Shown here piece after piece: positions 1-12,600 of a stretch of DNA of 64,000 nt. Location of the stretch: assembly GCA_030324005.1 (NCBI GenBank), contig JARDVH010000099.1, positions 48,750,903-48,814,902 of the forward strand, written 5' to 3'. This stretch comes from Negaprion brevirostris (lineage: Eukaryota). The number at the start of each line of letters is the position of its first letter. The first letter of the stretch is position 1. The position numbers and the translations under genes are program-made. The notes under the pieces were generated by a model. That model did not search any database. It was not told the DNA's origin and was given only the letters and a program-made list of their open reading frames with translations.

Positions 1-919
1 CTGTTATGCTGCGGGCCCAGAGGCACTGTCACTGCTGTCCCATTCACTGTGTGAATCCTCTACCCTACCGCCACCCACATACATCCACAAGGATGCAGCA
101 ACACTGAAAAATTCAGGATCTCCCAAACACCTCCAGAAATACTCTTCCTGAATTTGCATTAGAAAACATTCCAAAAACATAACTTGCAGTTACAGTGCCC
201 CCTCCCTTTTGATAACAGTGCTGAAGCACCTTACAGCTTCATGCGTGTTTTTCCTTGAATAAATAATGCACCCTCTGCCTGGACATTCATTGCCTAAATT
301 TGGGATCCTGGCATCACATCAGCAGTTGGGCTGTGTGATGGTAGGATACCACCGAGTCTGAGTTTTCCATGTAGACAGGGACACACCTATGTGCACCCTT
401 ATCCTGGGACAGAAAGTGGTCAGTGGTACACACAACACTGGTAAAGCAGTACAGTGGTGTGGCATAAGATATTTCCTTGCCCTTAATCTTTTGGCTAAAA
501 TGCAAACAAATTGAACTGCACTCTCCCATGCAGCTACAACAACTCTGATTCTGTTATCAGGTATTGAGGCATACAATGTGTTAAATTCTTGCCTACTTCT
601 CTCAAGAAAGGACTGTTGTTACTGTGACAATAACTTCAGAAGCTTTCTTAGTAAACCAGTAGCTCCAGCCACTGGAATCTAAACTACAATCCTATAATAT
701 ATGCTCTCTGACCCATTTTAAATTGCAAAAGCAATGTAATAATTTAGTGCTATTGGTCTTATCACTCCAACTTCCAGTGCTTCTGCATCAACAAAGCCTT
801 AAATGCAAGGTGAAGACAGTAAAACCTGACCTGACCATACATATTTCAGTGGATCTGAAATAGCACAGGGATTAAGTTAAGATGGATTGGTGTTAATATT
901 AGATTTTAAACTGTGCTGC

Positions 920-1210
920 ATGGAAGTAAAATCCAATCCAACCAATTACCACTCCAGCATTCTTCTCTCAATCATCGGCTTTGTCATAGAAGGTTTTGAC
1001 AGTGTTATCAATTGGCAATTACTTGGCAATAACCTGCACACCAAATCTCAGTTCGAATCCCACTCGAATACTCACTGCAGCCCTCACTACAGTCTGAGTT
1101 CAAACTTAAGTAAAAGAGCTGAATGCAAGAGTTGTGGTGAGACCAATTACCCTTGACATCAAGGCAGCATTTGACATCAAATCTGACTTCAAGGAGCCCC
1201 AGCAAAACTT
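920..1210 (+). mobile_element. CR1-clade LINE RT fragment (degenerate)
   Basis: NPTNYHSSILLSIIGFVIEGFDSVINWQLLGNNLHTKSQF resembles NYRPISLLSxxSKVME...LLSDxQFGF; followed by an LDIKAAFD-like stretch. Confidence 0.7.
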
Positions 1211-1299
1211 AATCAGGATAAGTAGAACAGTAAATTAATTAATAATGAGAACATAAGCACAGAGCAGCTCTAGAGGCATTAATTGATTATTAATTGGTT

Positions 1300-4200
1300 A
1301 ACAAGGTACTAACCTTAAAAGAGGATATAATTTTTTTTAGATAATGTTTGGGCAGTTGATACCTGTCTCTCACAAATCATTTTCCAAATGACAGCATCAG
1401 GGCACTTCATGTGTTTTTTGAGGACGATGAGAGGTAAAAGATGTGTCCAATTGTTGAGCATTTTTCTGATGCTTCTGAATTTGAGGAGTAGCTGGAGCAC
1501 TGTAAAGCATTAAGAAGGACGATAACTTCCTTGATTTTAAATTCCAGGAGGTGGTCAGCGTACATAGTAAGAGCTCAGGATGGTAGATGGATGACCATCT
1601 GAAATTGCACAAAGAGGAACCAAGTACAGGAACCACTGAGGTATGGATCGCTCTCAAACAAGTACTTGGAACTGGAAACAGCTGGGAGTGATGACACCTT
1701 GAAGGAATGTAGGCCAGACCATGACACGAATGGGCAAGGGTGCACAGTAGGGAACAGCAAACAGCTAAAATGCAGTTTGTTTCAGAGATTCCATAGTTAG
1801 GACAACAGACAGGCATTTCTGTAAATGCCTTTGAATCCTGCATGGTGTTGCCTCCCTGGGTAAAGGACATCATGGAGACAGTGTAACTATTTTGTGGAGG
1901 AAAGCAATTGAGAAAAAGATATCAACAACATGGAGAAGGGAGGTATTGAAGTTCTATGTTTCAAGATTTTCAGGAGTTGGGGAGGAAGTTAAAACGTAGG
2001 ACCTCAGAAGCAGTAAACTTTAGATTACTCCCTTGCCATATGCTAATAAGTGTAAAAATGGAAGGATAGAGAGGATCTGTGTGTTGTCTGCGGCATGGTG
2101 TTAGGAGGAGGGCTTCAGATTCAGGAGGCACTGGCACCAGTTCTGGGGAAGAAGGAACCTATTGAAAAGGGATTGGTTGGGTCTAAACAAGACTGGAGCC
2201 AATGTTTCCAGGAGCAGTTCACTATTACCATTATGGAGGGCTTAAACTAAATTGGCAGGAGAATGGGACCAGATACAGAAGTATAAAAGTGAAATGAGAT
2301 GTAGGATAATACGAAAGAAGAAAGCTATATTAAATAGGAACAGATGAACAAGAAGTACAAGGAATATGAAGACAGGTTTAGGATGCATGCATATAAATGG
2401 ATGGACAAAGTGTGGTGAATAAAGTTCATGAGCTACAAATACAAAACTGCATGGGAGTATGATATAATGGGGATAACAGAAGTATGATCTAAAAATTATA
2501 AGGACTTAAAATTCAAGGATACAAAGTGTTCATAAAAGAGGGAAAAAGGGAGGTGAGGTAGCAGTAATGATTAAAGGAGGCATTGTAGTGCTGGAAAGCG
2601 TGGGGGGGTGGTTTCCTTGAGGAGGAGAGCATGTTTACAAAGGAAGAGGATCTAACAAAACATAGGTAGGAGAGGTGATAGTAGAGATAACTCGTGGGAT
2701 AAAAATTGATGGGTAGGATGAACTGAAGTGATTGGAGTGGATACGTCCTCTGATCCAATGGTGCATCCCAGGTTGCCAAAGGAAGTGGCAATGGAGATAA
2801 CGGAACAGCCTGCTATAATTGTCCAATATTTCCTCGATACGTTAGGATCGGGGATGCAGCTGGCGGAAGGGGTGGCAAGGTGCCAGAGTATGGCAGATGT
2901 TACACTCTTATTCAAGACAGGGTGCAAGGACATTCCTAGTAACTACAGACTGACAAAATTACCATCAGTTGTGAGTAAGGTTTTAAAAAAAATAAACATG
3001 GAAAAGTATCAACAGGCACTTGGAGAGGATTGAGTTATTTAAAAAGAGTCAGCAGATTGTGCTTCACTATTCAAATGGAAATTTTTGATGAAGTAACAAA
3101 AAAGGTTGATGAAGGGAAAGTGATGGATGTTGTCTATAACAGAAAAGCAATTGACAAAGTACCATGTAAAAAATTGGTTCACAAAACTGAAGATCTATAA
3201 TAGGAGGGTCATTGACAGTTTGGATAAAAAGCTGACTGAAGGACAGAAACAAATGTCATGGTAAATGATTGTTTGTTAGATAGGAGGGATAGACAAGTGG
3301 TGGGTCCTAAGAGAATAATTATCAAAGTGATGAGATCTTGGCCTTCTTCGGGGGACACAGTGGAACAGTGGTTCGCACTGCTGCCTCACAGTGCTAGGGA
3401 CCCGGGTTCAATTCTGACATTGGGTGACCGTCTATGTGGAGCTTGCATATTCTCCCCGTGTGTGCATGGTGCTCCAGTTTCCTGCCACACACCAAAGATG
3501 TGCAGGTTTGGTGAACTGGCCAAGCTAAATTGCCCCTTAGTATCCCAAGATGTGTAGGTTAGGTGGATTAGCAGGGTGATTACTTGGGGGCACAGGGAAC
3601 AGGTCTGTGTGGGATTGCCCCTTAGTGTCAGGCGGATTACGTGGGCTTATAAGGATAGCGCCTGGGTTGGATTGGTATCTTTGCAGACTTGATGGGCTGA
3701 ATGGCCTCTTTCTGCATTGTAGGGATTCTATGATTCTATAAATAGAGGCATTGAGTCAAAAAGCAGCAAAGTTGTGCTGAACTTTTATACAGCTCTGGTT
3801 AGAGTTCTGGCAGATGTATTTAGATGTGAGAAAATGTGAGGTCATCCACTTTGGATCTGAGAAAGAAAACTTGGACTATTTACTCAATATTGAGAGACTA
3901 GGAACTGTGGAAGAGCAAAGGCTTTGGTGGCTTTTGTGCATGGACACCTAAAAGTTACAAAATTCAATAAAAAGAAAGATTTGAGTATAATAGTGGGAAG
4001 TGTTGCTACTGCTGTACAGAGCCTTACTGAGACTGTATCTGGATTACTGTGTATAGTTTTGGTTTCCTTACTTAAGAAAGAATATAATTGCATTAAAAGC
4101 AGTTCAGAGAAGGTTCACTTGACTGATTTCTTGGATGAAGGAGTTAGCTTACGAGGTAAAGTTAAGCAGGTTGGGCCTATACCTATTGGAGTTTGGAAGA

Positions 4201-4580
4201 ATGAGAGGAAATCTGATTGAATCATATAAGATATTGAGGGGACTTGACAGGGTGAATGCTGAATGTTTCCCTTTGTGGGAAAGTCTAGAATGAGGGCATG
4301 AAATTTTAAAATTAGGGATCTCCTATTTGACTCTGTGATGAGAGAATTTGTTTTCTCAGCAGGGCATCTGTCTTTGGAATTCTCTTCCCCAGAGAACAGT
4401 GGAGGCTGGGTCATTGAATATATTTGAGGCTGAGTTAGATTTTTGATTAACAATGGACTCAACAACTATTGGGGCTGACAGGTAAGTGGAATTGAGGCCA
4501 CACTGACATCAGCCATGAACTTACTAAATGGCAGTGCAAGCCCAAGAGGCTAAACTTCTGTTCCTAATTCTTGTGTTCTT
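1300..4580 (+). mobile_element. Near full-length but decayed CR1 LINE (ORF1 esterase, ORF2 APE/RT, 3' tail), interrupted by a SINE
   Basis: DSIVRxTDRHFC...CCLP (SGNH-type ORF1) at ~1790-1860; YDIMGITE APE motif at ~2460; MVHPRLPKEVA...PSNYR...SVVSKVL RT at 2760-2990; CR1 C-terminus and tail at ~4300-4580. Many stops and frameshifts. Confidence 0.85.
3350..3739 (+). mobile_element. HE1-like tRNA-derived V-SINE
   Basis: tRNA head with A/B boxes (cagtggtt...gggttcaatt), V-domain (gtggagcttgcatattctcccc) and CR1-type tail ending ATTCTATGATTCTA. Confidence 0.88.
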
Positions 4581-4717
4581 GCAACTTGAACTATGTATTC
4601 TTGGTCAATTATGCTTTCTTCTGTGCAATCAATGTTTCCACATTTTTGCTTCTAAACTTTGAATGGTTTTAGAAACCTTTGCCCAATCAATCTGGCATCC
4701 TCCATTACAGCAGCTAA

Positions 4718-5550
4718 GGGGGCAAATTGGCTAACCCACACAATGGGTGTGTGAATCACGGGAAGTGATTTAAGCCATGCCCATTCTTTGTGTTCAGATA
4801 GCGTATTAAATTTGTGCTGCTATACACGATTGCCTCAGCTACATGTATTAACATGTAACTGGATAGTGCTGCATAAAGGCAGCCTATATCCCTTAAAAGG
4901 GAAGTGCACTGTGGCTACAAGAAATTGTGAAACTAATTTGAAAACACTGGGCCCAAGCTAATCACTTTTATTTTCACTTTTTTCTGCGCATGTATACTGT
5001 TGTCTTTATTCTCCTGGACACCTCTCTCCTACTCCTTGCCTCCATTTTTTGCCTTCTCTCTCAGATACTACGCCCTCCTAAATCCCTTCAGTACTCTATT
5101 TTGGCTTTTCTGCTCTAACTCCTTCTGCACAAAATAAATTAAAAATAATTCAGCACCAGCCAATAATTCAGTAAACTACTGAAACTTGAGGCAAGTATTG
5201 GATAGCCTCAAACACAGAGATTTGCACCAGCAGCCAGGAGAAATAATGCAGCAACTAGCCTATGGGTAGTTCATAATCTCTTTACAAAGTACTAATGGAT
5301 GTGGTCCTGCATGCTTCTGAACACATATTCAACCGTGTGAGATTTAAACAGGGCAGCAGTCGGGAGCATGGTGCCTCAAAATGTCAACACTGGGGTCAAA
5401 TATTCTCTATGGTTATTAGGTGTATGTGTGCAAATTGCTTTCCAAGATGACACTGGCACACTTCCCACTGGAATCTCAAAAGTCATTTTTCACTATCTTG
5501 CACCCAAGAAAACCGATGCTGCAGAGTCCACTATCTCCTCAATGTATTAA
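4718..5550 (+). mobile_element. Highly degraded Harbinger relic
   Basis: ORF 5368-5550 GVKYSL...IAFQDDTGTLPTGISKVIFHYLAPKKTDA aligns by eye with the Harbinger nuclease N-terminal motif VKVT...GSFQ...GD..GISQ..VH....VTDA. GGGGCAAATTGG end-like sequence at ~4719. Confidence 0.4.
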
Positions 5551-5832
5551 TAGTACAGTAATCACTTCTTCAAAGTCCATGTCAATCCCATGCTGCGTAA
5601 TCAGTAGTACTGGTCACTGATGGGTTTTCTTTGGAGTTTAAATTTTTGCAACAAAGCATAATGCTAATATGTAAAATCTGTAGATGTTCAAATCACTCAT
5701 TAACACAGGATAAGTAGACAGCAATTTTCCATTTAACCAACAGCTTGCTCCTTACAGACCTGCGGCTCTACAAGAGACACTGGTGTCACAGAGAAGCAAT
5801 GTCTGGTGCACAAAGTCCACAGGGGACTCATT

Positions 5833-6653
5833 GGGCCTGATTTTACCCATCAAGTTGAGGCTGCTTTTGAACGCAAAAACTTGGTAAAGTCGGGCGTAAG
5901 GCGAGTAGTGCGATCTACATCCACCTTTGTGCCAGTTCCCCCTTTACCAAGGCCCGAAAATGGCCACGATTGGGATTGTGCCCGACATGGGCACGATGCC
6001 CATTTAAATGTATTTGAATACATTTAAATTGAATTAATGGGCTGCATGCCCAACTTTAATGACACTTCACCCCTTTACCACCACATTTGCCAATCCTGAA
6101 CCAGCGCAAAATAGACATGCTCCATAAAAGTCTGATTTGGGCGCTCCATCAGTGAGGGTTAGTGAGAAGGTAAGAGTATAGCTTCTGATGGCTCCCTGCT
6201 ACTCATGGGCATCCTTTTGTTGCGGCCATTTTCTGTCTCGGGTTGGTGGCAGCTCTGCAATTGTGTGGGAGTGTGGGAGGCTGTTGCTCAGCAAGATCTC
6301 CAATGTCCGACTTGCAGCACGGACTCGGGTCTCAGCACTGACTTGGCTCTTGCGGTGCTGCTGGGTCCTAGTACACTCAGCTCACTTCCAGCTGAAGGGT
6401 GTGCACAAAGCTCTTGCAAATAGCATTGCTGCAGCCTCTCAACTTTGCAAGAAGCTCTGATTGTGGGGAGCATGTGGCTGGGGAAATTGGGGTGGGCTGT
6501 GATTGTTGAATTGCTAGGGGCAAGCAGCGTTCCTTAACCCCTATGTGTTCCTCTCCATCTACCCCCCCTCCCCCCACCACATTCAAAGTGGCCAGATGGC
6601 TTTTGCAATGCAACCAATAGATCTTGCTGTTCTTTTGGTTGCTGATGGAGCTG
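5833..6653 (+). mobile_element. Harbinger left end plus nuclease start, truncated by an assembly gap (paralog of the 7905 element)
   Basis: Begins GGGCCTGATTTTACC and is colinear with 7905-8660 for ~800 bp. ATG at 6596 (MAFAMQPIDLAVLL) corresponds to 8604 in the second copy. Confidence 0.8.
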
Positions 6654-6753
6654 NNNNNNNNNNNNNNNNNNNNNNNNNNNNNNNNNNNNNNNNNNNNNNN
6701 NNNNNNNNNNNNNNNNNNNNNNNNNNNNNNNNNNNNNNNNNNNNNNNNNNNNN

Positions 6754-6856
6754 TCTTGTCCTTTTGTAGTTCCTTGCTGTCTTGGTTAGAGCAGGAGCCA
6801 TACTAAGCTGTGATACAACCAGAAAGAATGCTTTCTATGGTGCATCTGTAAAAGTT
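6754..6856 (-). mobile_element. Rex1/Babar-like LINE fragment
   Basis: Minus strand reads FYRCTIESILSGCITA*YGSCS, a typical C-terminal RT-region motif of this clade. Confidence 0.65.
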
Positions 6857-7667
6857 TTATATGTATATGTATCTGTATGTTTGTTTGTGGACCAACAGAA
6901 AACTCCCTCCTCATTGTGATTTTAGATTCAGACCTGATTTCCCTCTTAAGTAAGCACAATAATCTTAACCGGGCAACACATCTTATTGCACTTTGGTTTT
7001 TAGTTGGTACTGTCAGCTAGAATGATGAGCAAATCTACTTAATCACCAGTTCTAAGAGAAACAAATGCTTATGCATTTTTTGTTTGGTCAGGCCATTGGT
7101 TTGAAGAACATAACTAAATACCAATACACTATGACATCTGCTGACACTAAAGGTAAACCTATCAATTGTTAAATCAGTGTAATTGTATAACAAATAATAT
7201 TGAATTGTCAATACCTGCAACTGTGTGGCTGTATTAGTTGCCACTAGAACAGACATGCTTGTAAACCAAAATATATGTCGTGAGCTGAAGCAGATTTTTT
7301 TTAGAGTAATTATAAGTTGGAAAGAATGTAGACATACTATTTAAGATACAGACATTCAAATAGGTATGGACATTACATACAATCCCGAGGACCATAAACA
7401 CAGCTCACTTCCCATTGTTGAATCAGTTTCATACATTCTTAGTAAAATAGTGGTTATAATAATGTACAACTGGCCTGAGACCAGTCAGTCCCAATTAGGA
7501 GTTAAATTCAGCGTTTGATCCCTAACCTCTCATAGGGTTTTGCTGACCTCAGTTCGTACAACAGCTAGGATGCTGATTCATATATGCAAGTTCTTTCTTT
7601 TCTCAATATTTCTGTGCTTGGAAGGAAGAAATTGGTCAAAGTTTTGCTTCTTCATTGCTGACAGAGT

Positions 7668-7904
7668 AGAATCACAGAATCCCTTCTGTGCAGAAGGACG
7701 CCATTTGGCCCATCAAGTCTGCACTGACCACAATCCCACCCAGGCTCTTATTCCCATAAACCCCCTGAATTTACCCTGATAGTCCCTCTGACACTAAGGA
7801 GCAATTTATCATGGCTAATCTACCTAACCCGCATGTCTTTGGATTCTGGAAGGAAACCGGAGGAAACCCTCACAGACACTGAGGATATGCAAACTCCACA
7901 CAGA
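7668..7904 (-). mobile_element. HE1-like V-SINE, cut at 7904 by the Harbinger insertion
   Basis: Reverse SINE tail (agaatcacagaatcc...ccatttggcccatc) through the V-domain (tgcaaactccacacaga), ending exactly where the transposon end begins. Confidence 0.8.
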
Positions 7905-8603
7905 GGACCCAATTTTACCATCGAGTTGCAGCCATTTTTGGGCGAAAACTTGGTAAAGTCGGACATAACCTACACCTGCCTACACACTGGCTCCCCCTTT
8001 ACCAATGCCCAAAAATGGCCACGGTTGGGACTGAACCCGAAACAGTTGTGACAGCCATTTAAATGCATTTGCATGCACACCCAACTTTACCGGCATTTCC
8101 CCCTTTAGCACCGTGTTTGCAAATCTAGAATCAGCATGAAACAGCCATGCTTCACATAAGTCCGATTCGCGCACTTCATCAGTGAGGAAGTAAGTGCCTA
8201 GTGTCCGGCAGCTCTCTGCTGCTTACGGGGTCCTTTTGTGGCCACCTTTTTTTTCTCAGATTGTGGGGGAGGGCTGTGCCAGTGTGTGGAGGGGTGGGGA
8301 GGCTGTTACTCAGCAAGGTGTCTGATGCCTGATTTACAGCACAGATCTCAGCACTGACCCCAATGTCTTGTGGATGCTGCTGGGCCCTGGTGCACTCAGC
8401 ACTCTTCCACTTTTCAAGGAGCTGTTATTTGGGGGAGCATGTGGGTGGGGGAATGGAGGGTCTGTGATTCTGCGGAGCATGTGGGTGGGGCAATCGGAAG
8501 TATGGACAGTGACTATTGCTGGGCTAGAGGCAAGCAGCATTCCTTAACTTCTACGTATGTTCTTTTCCATCTCCAATTACCCCCACCCCTTCAGCATGAT
8601 GAG

Positions 8604-9824
8604 ATATCTTTTGCGATGTAACCGATTGATCCTTCTATTCTTTTGTTTCCTGTTGGAGCTGAGGAGGAGGAGCAGGAGGAAGAAGTATGGGCACAGGAGG
8701 CCCAGGCTTTACCGTTTACAATGGTAGAGGGCGACGACCACCAGAGGCAGGGGGTGGCTGCCATTTGCCCAGGAGGATGGGGGTTGCATTGTACCAAAGT
8801 GGGAGGAAGCAGAGACCCGGCAGTTCCATGCACGAGTCACATTTGAAGAGATGTCGGAAACCGTGTGCTGCCGGGGTCTCCGACTCCGAAAGGAGACAGT
8901 GCAACACCTGTGCAACTTGTTGCTGGGCCTGGCACCTCGGGGAAGAGTGTGGCACCCACTCTCGGTGGCTGTCAAAGTGACGGCTTTTACACAACTGGCT
9001 CCTTCCAGACCCTGAGTGGAAGCGTATGTAGCATTTCCCAGGCAGCTGTACACACCTTTGTCAAGCAGGTCACAGAAGACCTGTATGCCCGGGCAGGGCA
9101 GTACATCAAATTTAACCTGGACCAGGCCCATCAGGAAGCCCGGACTGCAGGGTTCCAGCCTAACGTGCAGGGGGTGATCGACTGCACACACGTCGCCCTC
9201 AAGGCCCTGTTACAGAATCTGTGAAAATTCATCAACAGAAAGGGGTTTAATTCCCTGAACGTTCAACTGGTGTATGGCCATAATATGAACATTATGCAAG
9301 TCTGCACAAGACACCCAGGCAGCATATACGACAGCTTCATTGTTAGGAGCTCGGACATCCCGGAGGCATTTGAGGAGGAGCTCAGGCTGCGGGGGTGGCT
9401 CATGGGTGATATGGGTTACCTGCTTCGGACATGGCTGTTGATGCCTGAGGTGGAGACCCGCTATAATGAGGCCCATGTAGCCACCCATGCAACAGTAGAG
9501 AGGTGCATTGAGCTCCTCAAAATGTGGTTCTGGTGCCTGCACCGATCTGGTGGGGCCGTCCAATGCAGCCCAGTGACCTGTTCTTGCATTGTGGTCGTGT
9601 GCTGTGCCTTGCACAACCTGGCACAGCAGAGAGAAGACATATTGGAGAAGGAGGACGTGAAGACGGACCAGCCAGGTGTCACTGAGGAGGAGGAGGAGGG
9701 GGAGGAGGAGGTGGAGGAAGAGCATGCCGGGGAACGCCACCCAGACACTGGAGGGCTGGCAGCTCAAATGAGGCGTGCGAGTGTGGCTAGGGAGGCCCTG
9801 ATCATTAGGTGGCTCACTCGCTAG
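8604..9824 (+). pseudogene. Harbinger (HARBI1-like, DDE_Tnp_4) transposase pseudogene
   Basis: MSETVCCRGLRLRKETVQHLC, FYTTGSFQ, GVIDCTHV (D 9180), NRKGFNSLNVQLV, PGSIYDS, GDMGY (D 9408), YNEAH, VERCI (E 9498), CCALHN and an acidic tail. Disrupted by TAA at ~8619, frameshifts near 8800 and 8985, and TGA at 9222. Confidence 0.9.
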
Positions 9825-10408
9825 GGGTTTGTGTCTGTGGGTTCCACCGCACCAACCCCCCCCCCCCGCCACCCTCCCCGGAACCCTGCAAAATGCATAT
9901 TGTCACAGCAGAGTGGTGGGCCTGAGTACTCTGTGTTAGTGAGTTTTTTGGCAGGCAGCAGGGTAAAGACAACTCACTAAGCACCATTACGATGATGCCC
10001 TGGTGCATACTAGTCTGACTCCTATCTGAACTCCACATGCACGCTGCATCTGGGCCCACGTCTGTGTAGTGGGTAAGGGATCTGAAACCCCCAAACAGGG
10101 CCCTGGGGTGGGGAGGGGAGGGAATCGCTCGTGGGTTCTGTGGAACCAATAGCTTCCTTTTCTCAGTGACACGGCACTGAGGGGCCTCCCCAACTGATAT
10201 CAACATGAAACATTGCTCCGGCGACCATCAAAGGAAGAGGATTCATATTTGAGACAGATTAGTCACATGTGGGTGGTGAAAAAACATTTGATTGCAATAA
10301 AGATGTTAAATAAGACATTCTAACATAAAAACTTGTGAACAGAAAATGTTAAGGTTCTTAATATCTTTCCAACTAGTCCAGCCCTTCATCCGTGCCATCT
10401 CAGAACAT

Positions 10409-12600
10409 CTACAACTTCCTAACCTTATGTGGCCTACCACTATGTCTCAGTGACTCCCCAGAATGTACATCAGAGGTGGAGGGGGCTAGCTGCCTATGAT
10501 ACCCCGTGGTCTGTGAAATACATGGCAGGTGTCCTCTGGAGGCCCTGGACCTTGAGGGGTCTAGCCAGTTTCCAGGTGTCTGGGATGTTTCCATGACACT
10601 CTCTTCATCCTGCTGCCCCTGAGATGCCCTGATGTCAAGGGGGGAATCAGAAGGTCTCCTGCTGGGAGGCCCTGGCATGGGCTTGAGCCCTTCCTCCTCG
10701 CATGGGGTTCCTGTGGGCCCCTGGGTCACTCCATGGAATGGCAGTGTTTCTGCACTGAGCTCCAGAAGCTCTGACGTCACCTGGCACTGCCAGTCCTGGA
10801 GGACGACCTACATCCTACCCCTGGTGGTCGAGCCCTCTGCATTAGCCACCTAAGTTGGAGGCCACCCCTCAATGGCCACAGCAAGTGCCCTCTGAGACTG
10901 GGTCATGCTCTGCAACCCNNNNNNNNNNCTATGCCAAACTCTGCAAGTCCTCAGCCATGACTTTCTGAGACTGGGCCACATTCTCAAGGGCTGCTGCCAT
11001 AGCACTGTCCCGTTGGGTCTCCTACAAGCTGCCTAGCCTCTCAGCCATGGGCCGCAGAATCTTGAGAAGCAAGTTCAGTTCCTCAGCTTGGAGCCAGGCA
11101 CTCATGGTGGATCCCATGCCCCAGGCTTTCTACTGCAGAGGCCAGTGTTGGCCTGGGAAACCTGCAAGACAGGCAATAGCTGGTCTGCCTGAAAGCTTTG
11201 GAACCCCTCCCAACAGCCTCGCAGTTGGTCCAGTGAAGCCATCAGCCCCTCCTGCATTCTCTGGCTCTGTTGCTGCATCCTAGAGGCCCAGCATGTAGTT
11301 TGGGGCCAGCTGAGTCCTCGCTTCTGACAGGACCCCGCATGCCAGAAGTCTTGGACGTTCCCTCATCTACCTGATGTACATCAGCAGATGTGTCATGCTC
11401 AGCAGAGGCCCAGAAGCCACACCACTAACTGGATTCAACTTGTCAGTTTCTGGAATTGTGAGTTGTGATGCCAAAACTATGCGATTCTCAGAGGTCCCTT
11501 CACCCACATCCTCCGAGGACTCATCCGAGCCATTTTGACCAGAATGGGCAGGAGCTGCAGTAGGGACCTGGAGTCCAAAAGACCCCTGGGTGACCATATC
11601 TATCCCTGTAACACAGGACACAAGGTTAAGTGCAATGGACAGAGAGGAATCCGTGATGCAAAACACATGATTCACATTTCTCCATTGAACATAGAACATA
11701 TCACCAAAAAACTATATCACAGGAACAGGCCCTTTGGCTCTCCAAGTGTGTAGCGACCAGGCTGCCCATCTGATTTGTTACCCTCTACCCTTTCGGACCA
11801 TATACCTCTATTCCCATCCCACTCACACAGCTGTAGAGATGCCCCTTAAAGATCACTATCGTATCTGCATCTGCGAACTCTCCCTGGCAACGGGTTCCAG
11901 GCACCCACTACTCTCTTTGTGCAAACATGCCTCATACATCTCCTTTAAACCTTGCCCTTTGCACCCAAAACTCACGCCAAGAAGGTGCCTCAAAGCGAGT
12001 GGAGGAATGAGAGGTGCTCACGTTTTGATGGCAGCCCGACCATGCTGTTGCTGACAGCCCGCATCGTCCCTTCCCTTGACAGCTCCAGCACTCGCTCTTC
12101 AAAGAGGGTGAGGGCCCGAGGTCTGGCTCACCACCCCATCTTCACCCTCTTATGGGTGTTATGGTCAGTCTTCTCCTGTGGAGACAGAAGGAGCCACAAA
12201 AGAAATGATGGTGTGACTCCCCCAGAGTATCAGATGGTAGCCATTAGAGGGCAGGCAAAGTGGGGCTCTTGGGGGGATAGGAAGGAGGCACTTGGGGATG
12301 AGGAGCTGTAAGCATGCAGGATGCTGGAGATTGGAGGATCTGGGAGAAATTCGGGTGAAAATGCAAAATGGGGTTCAGCACTCACCCTTGCTGCACGGTT
12401 TAGGTCATTGACTTTTTTCTGGCATTGCTTCCCGGTTCAGGGGGCCAGTGCACTGGCACTGATCAAGGGATGACTTGCTCCCAGGCCACATTTCCATCAG
12501 CCCCCAGATCTGCATTTCTCTAGGGGGAAGAGGGTGTCCCACCTCACCTCTGCTTCATCCAGTAGCCTCCCCAGATCGCCTCAGAGAATCGGGGTCTGGT
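10409..12600 (-). pseudogene. Harbinger Myb/SANT-like (trihelix) DNA-binding protein pseudogene, probably 3 exons (~12600-12386, 12175-12022, 11605-10409)
   Basis: Minus strand reads RPRFSE..DLGRLLDEAEVRWDTLFP...AWEQV...*TGKQCQKKVNDLNRAAR|gtgag. The next exon starts cacag|EKTDHN...LTLFEERVLEL and ends |gtgag; a tacag| acceptor then opens a long acidic/helical exon ending GRPHKVRKL*. Confidence 0.8.
11687..11970 (-). mobile_element. CR1 3' fragment inserted in intron 2 of the Myb gene
   Basis: Reverse strand gives a RFKGDV...RVVGAWNPLP-like C-terminus and a (CATAGAA)n tail. Confidence 0.75.

Noticed and set aside
3350-3425. tRNA gene-like A/B boxes here and at other SINE heads
   Set aside because: No cloverleaf; they continue into SINE body and LINE-derived tail.
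8604-9824. Domesticated HARBI1 gene
   Set aside because: Stops, frameshifts, CpG-type decay, a transposon end and a second copy nearby show it is a TE fossil.
9210-9872. 220-aa minus-strand ORF
   Set aside because: It is the antisense shadow of the GC-rich transposase.
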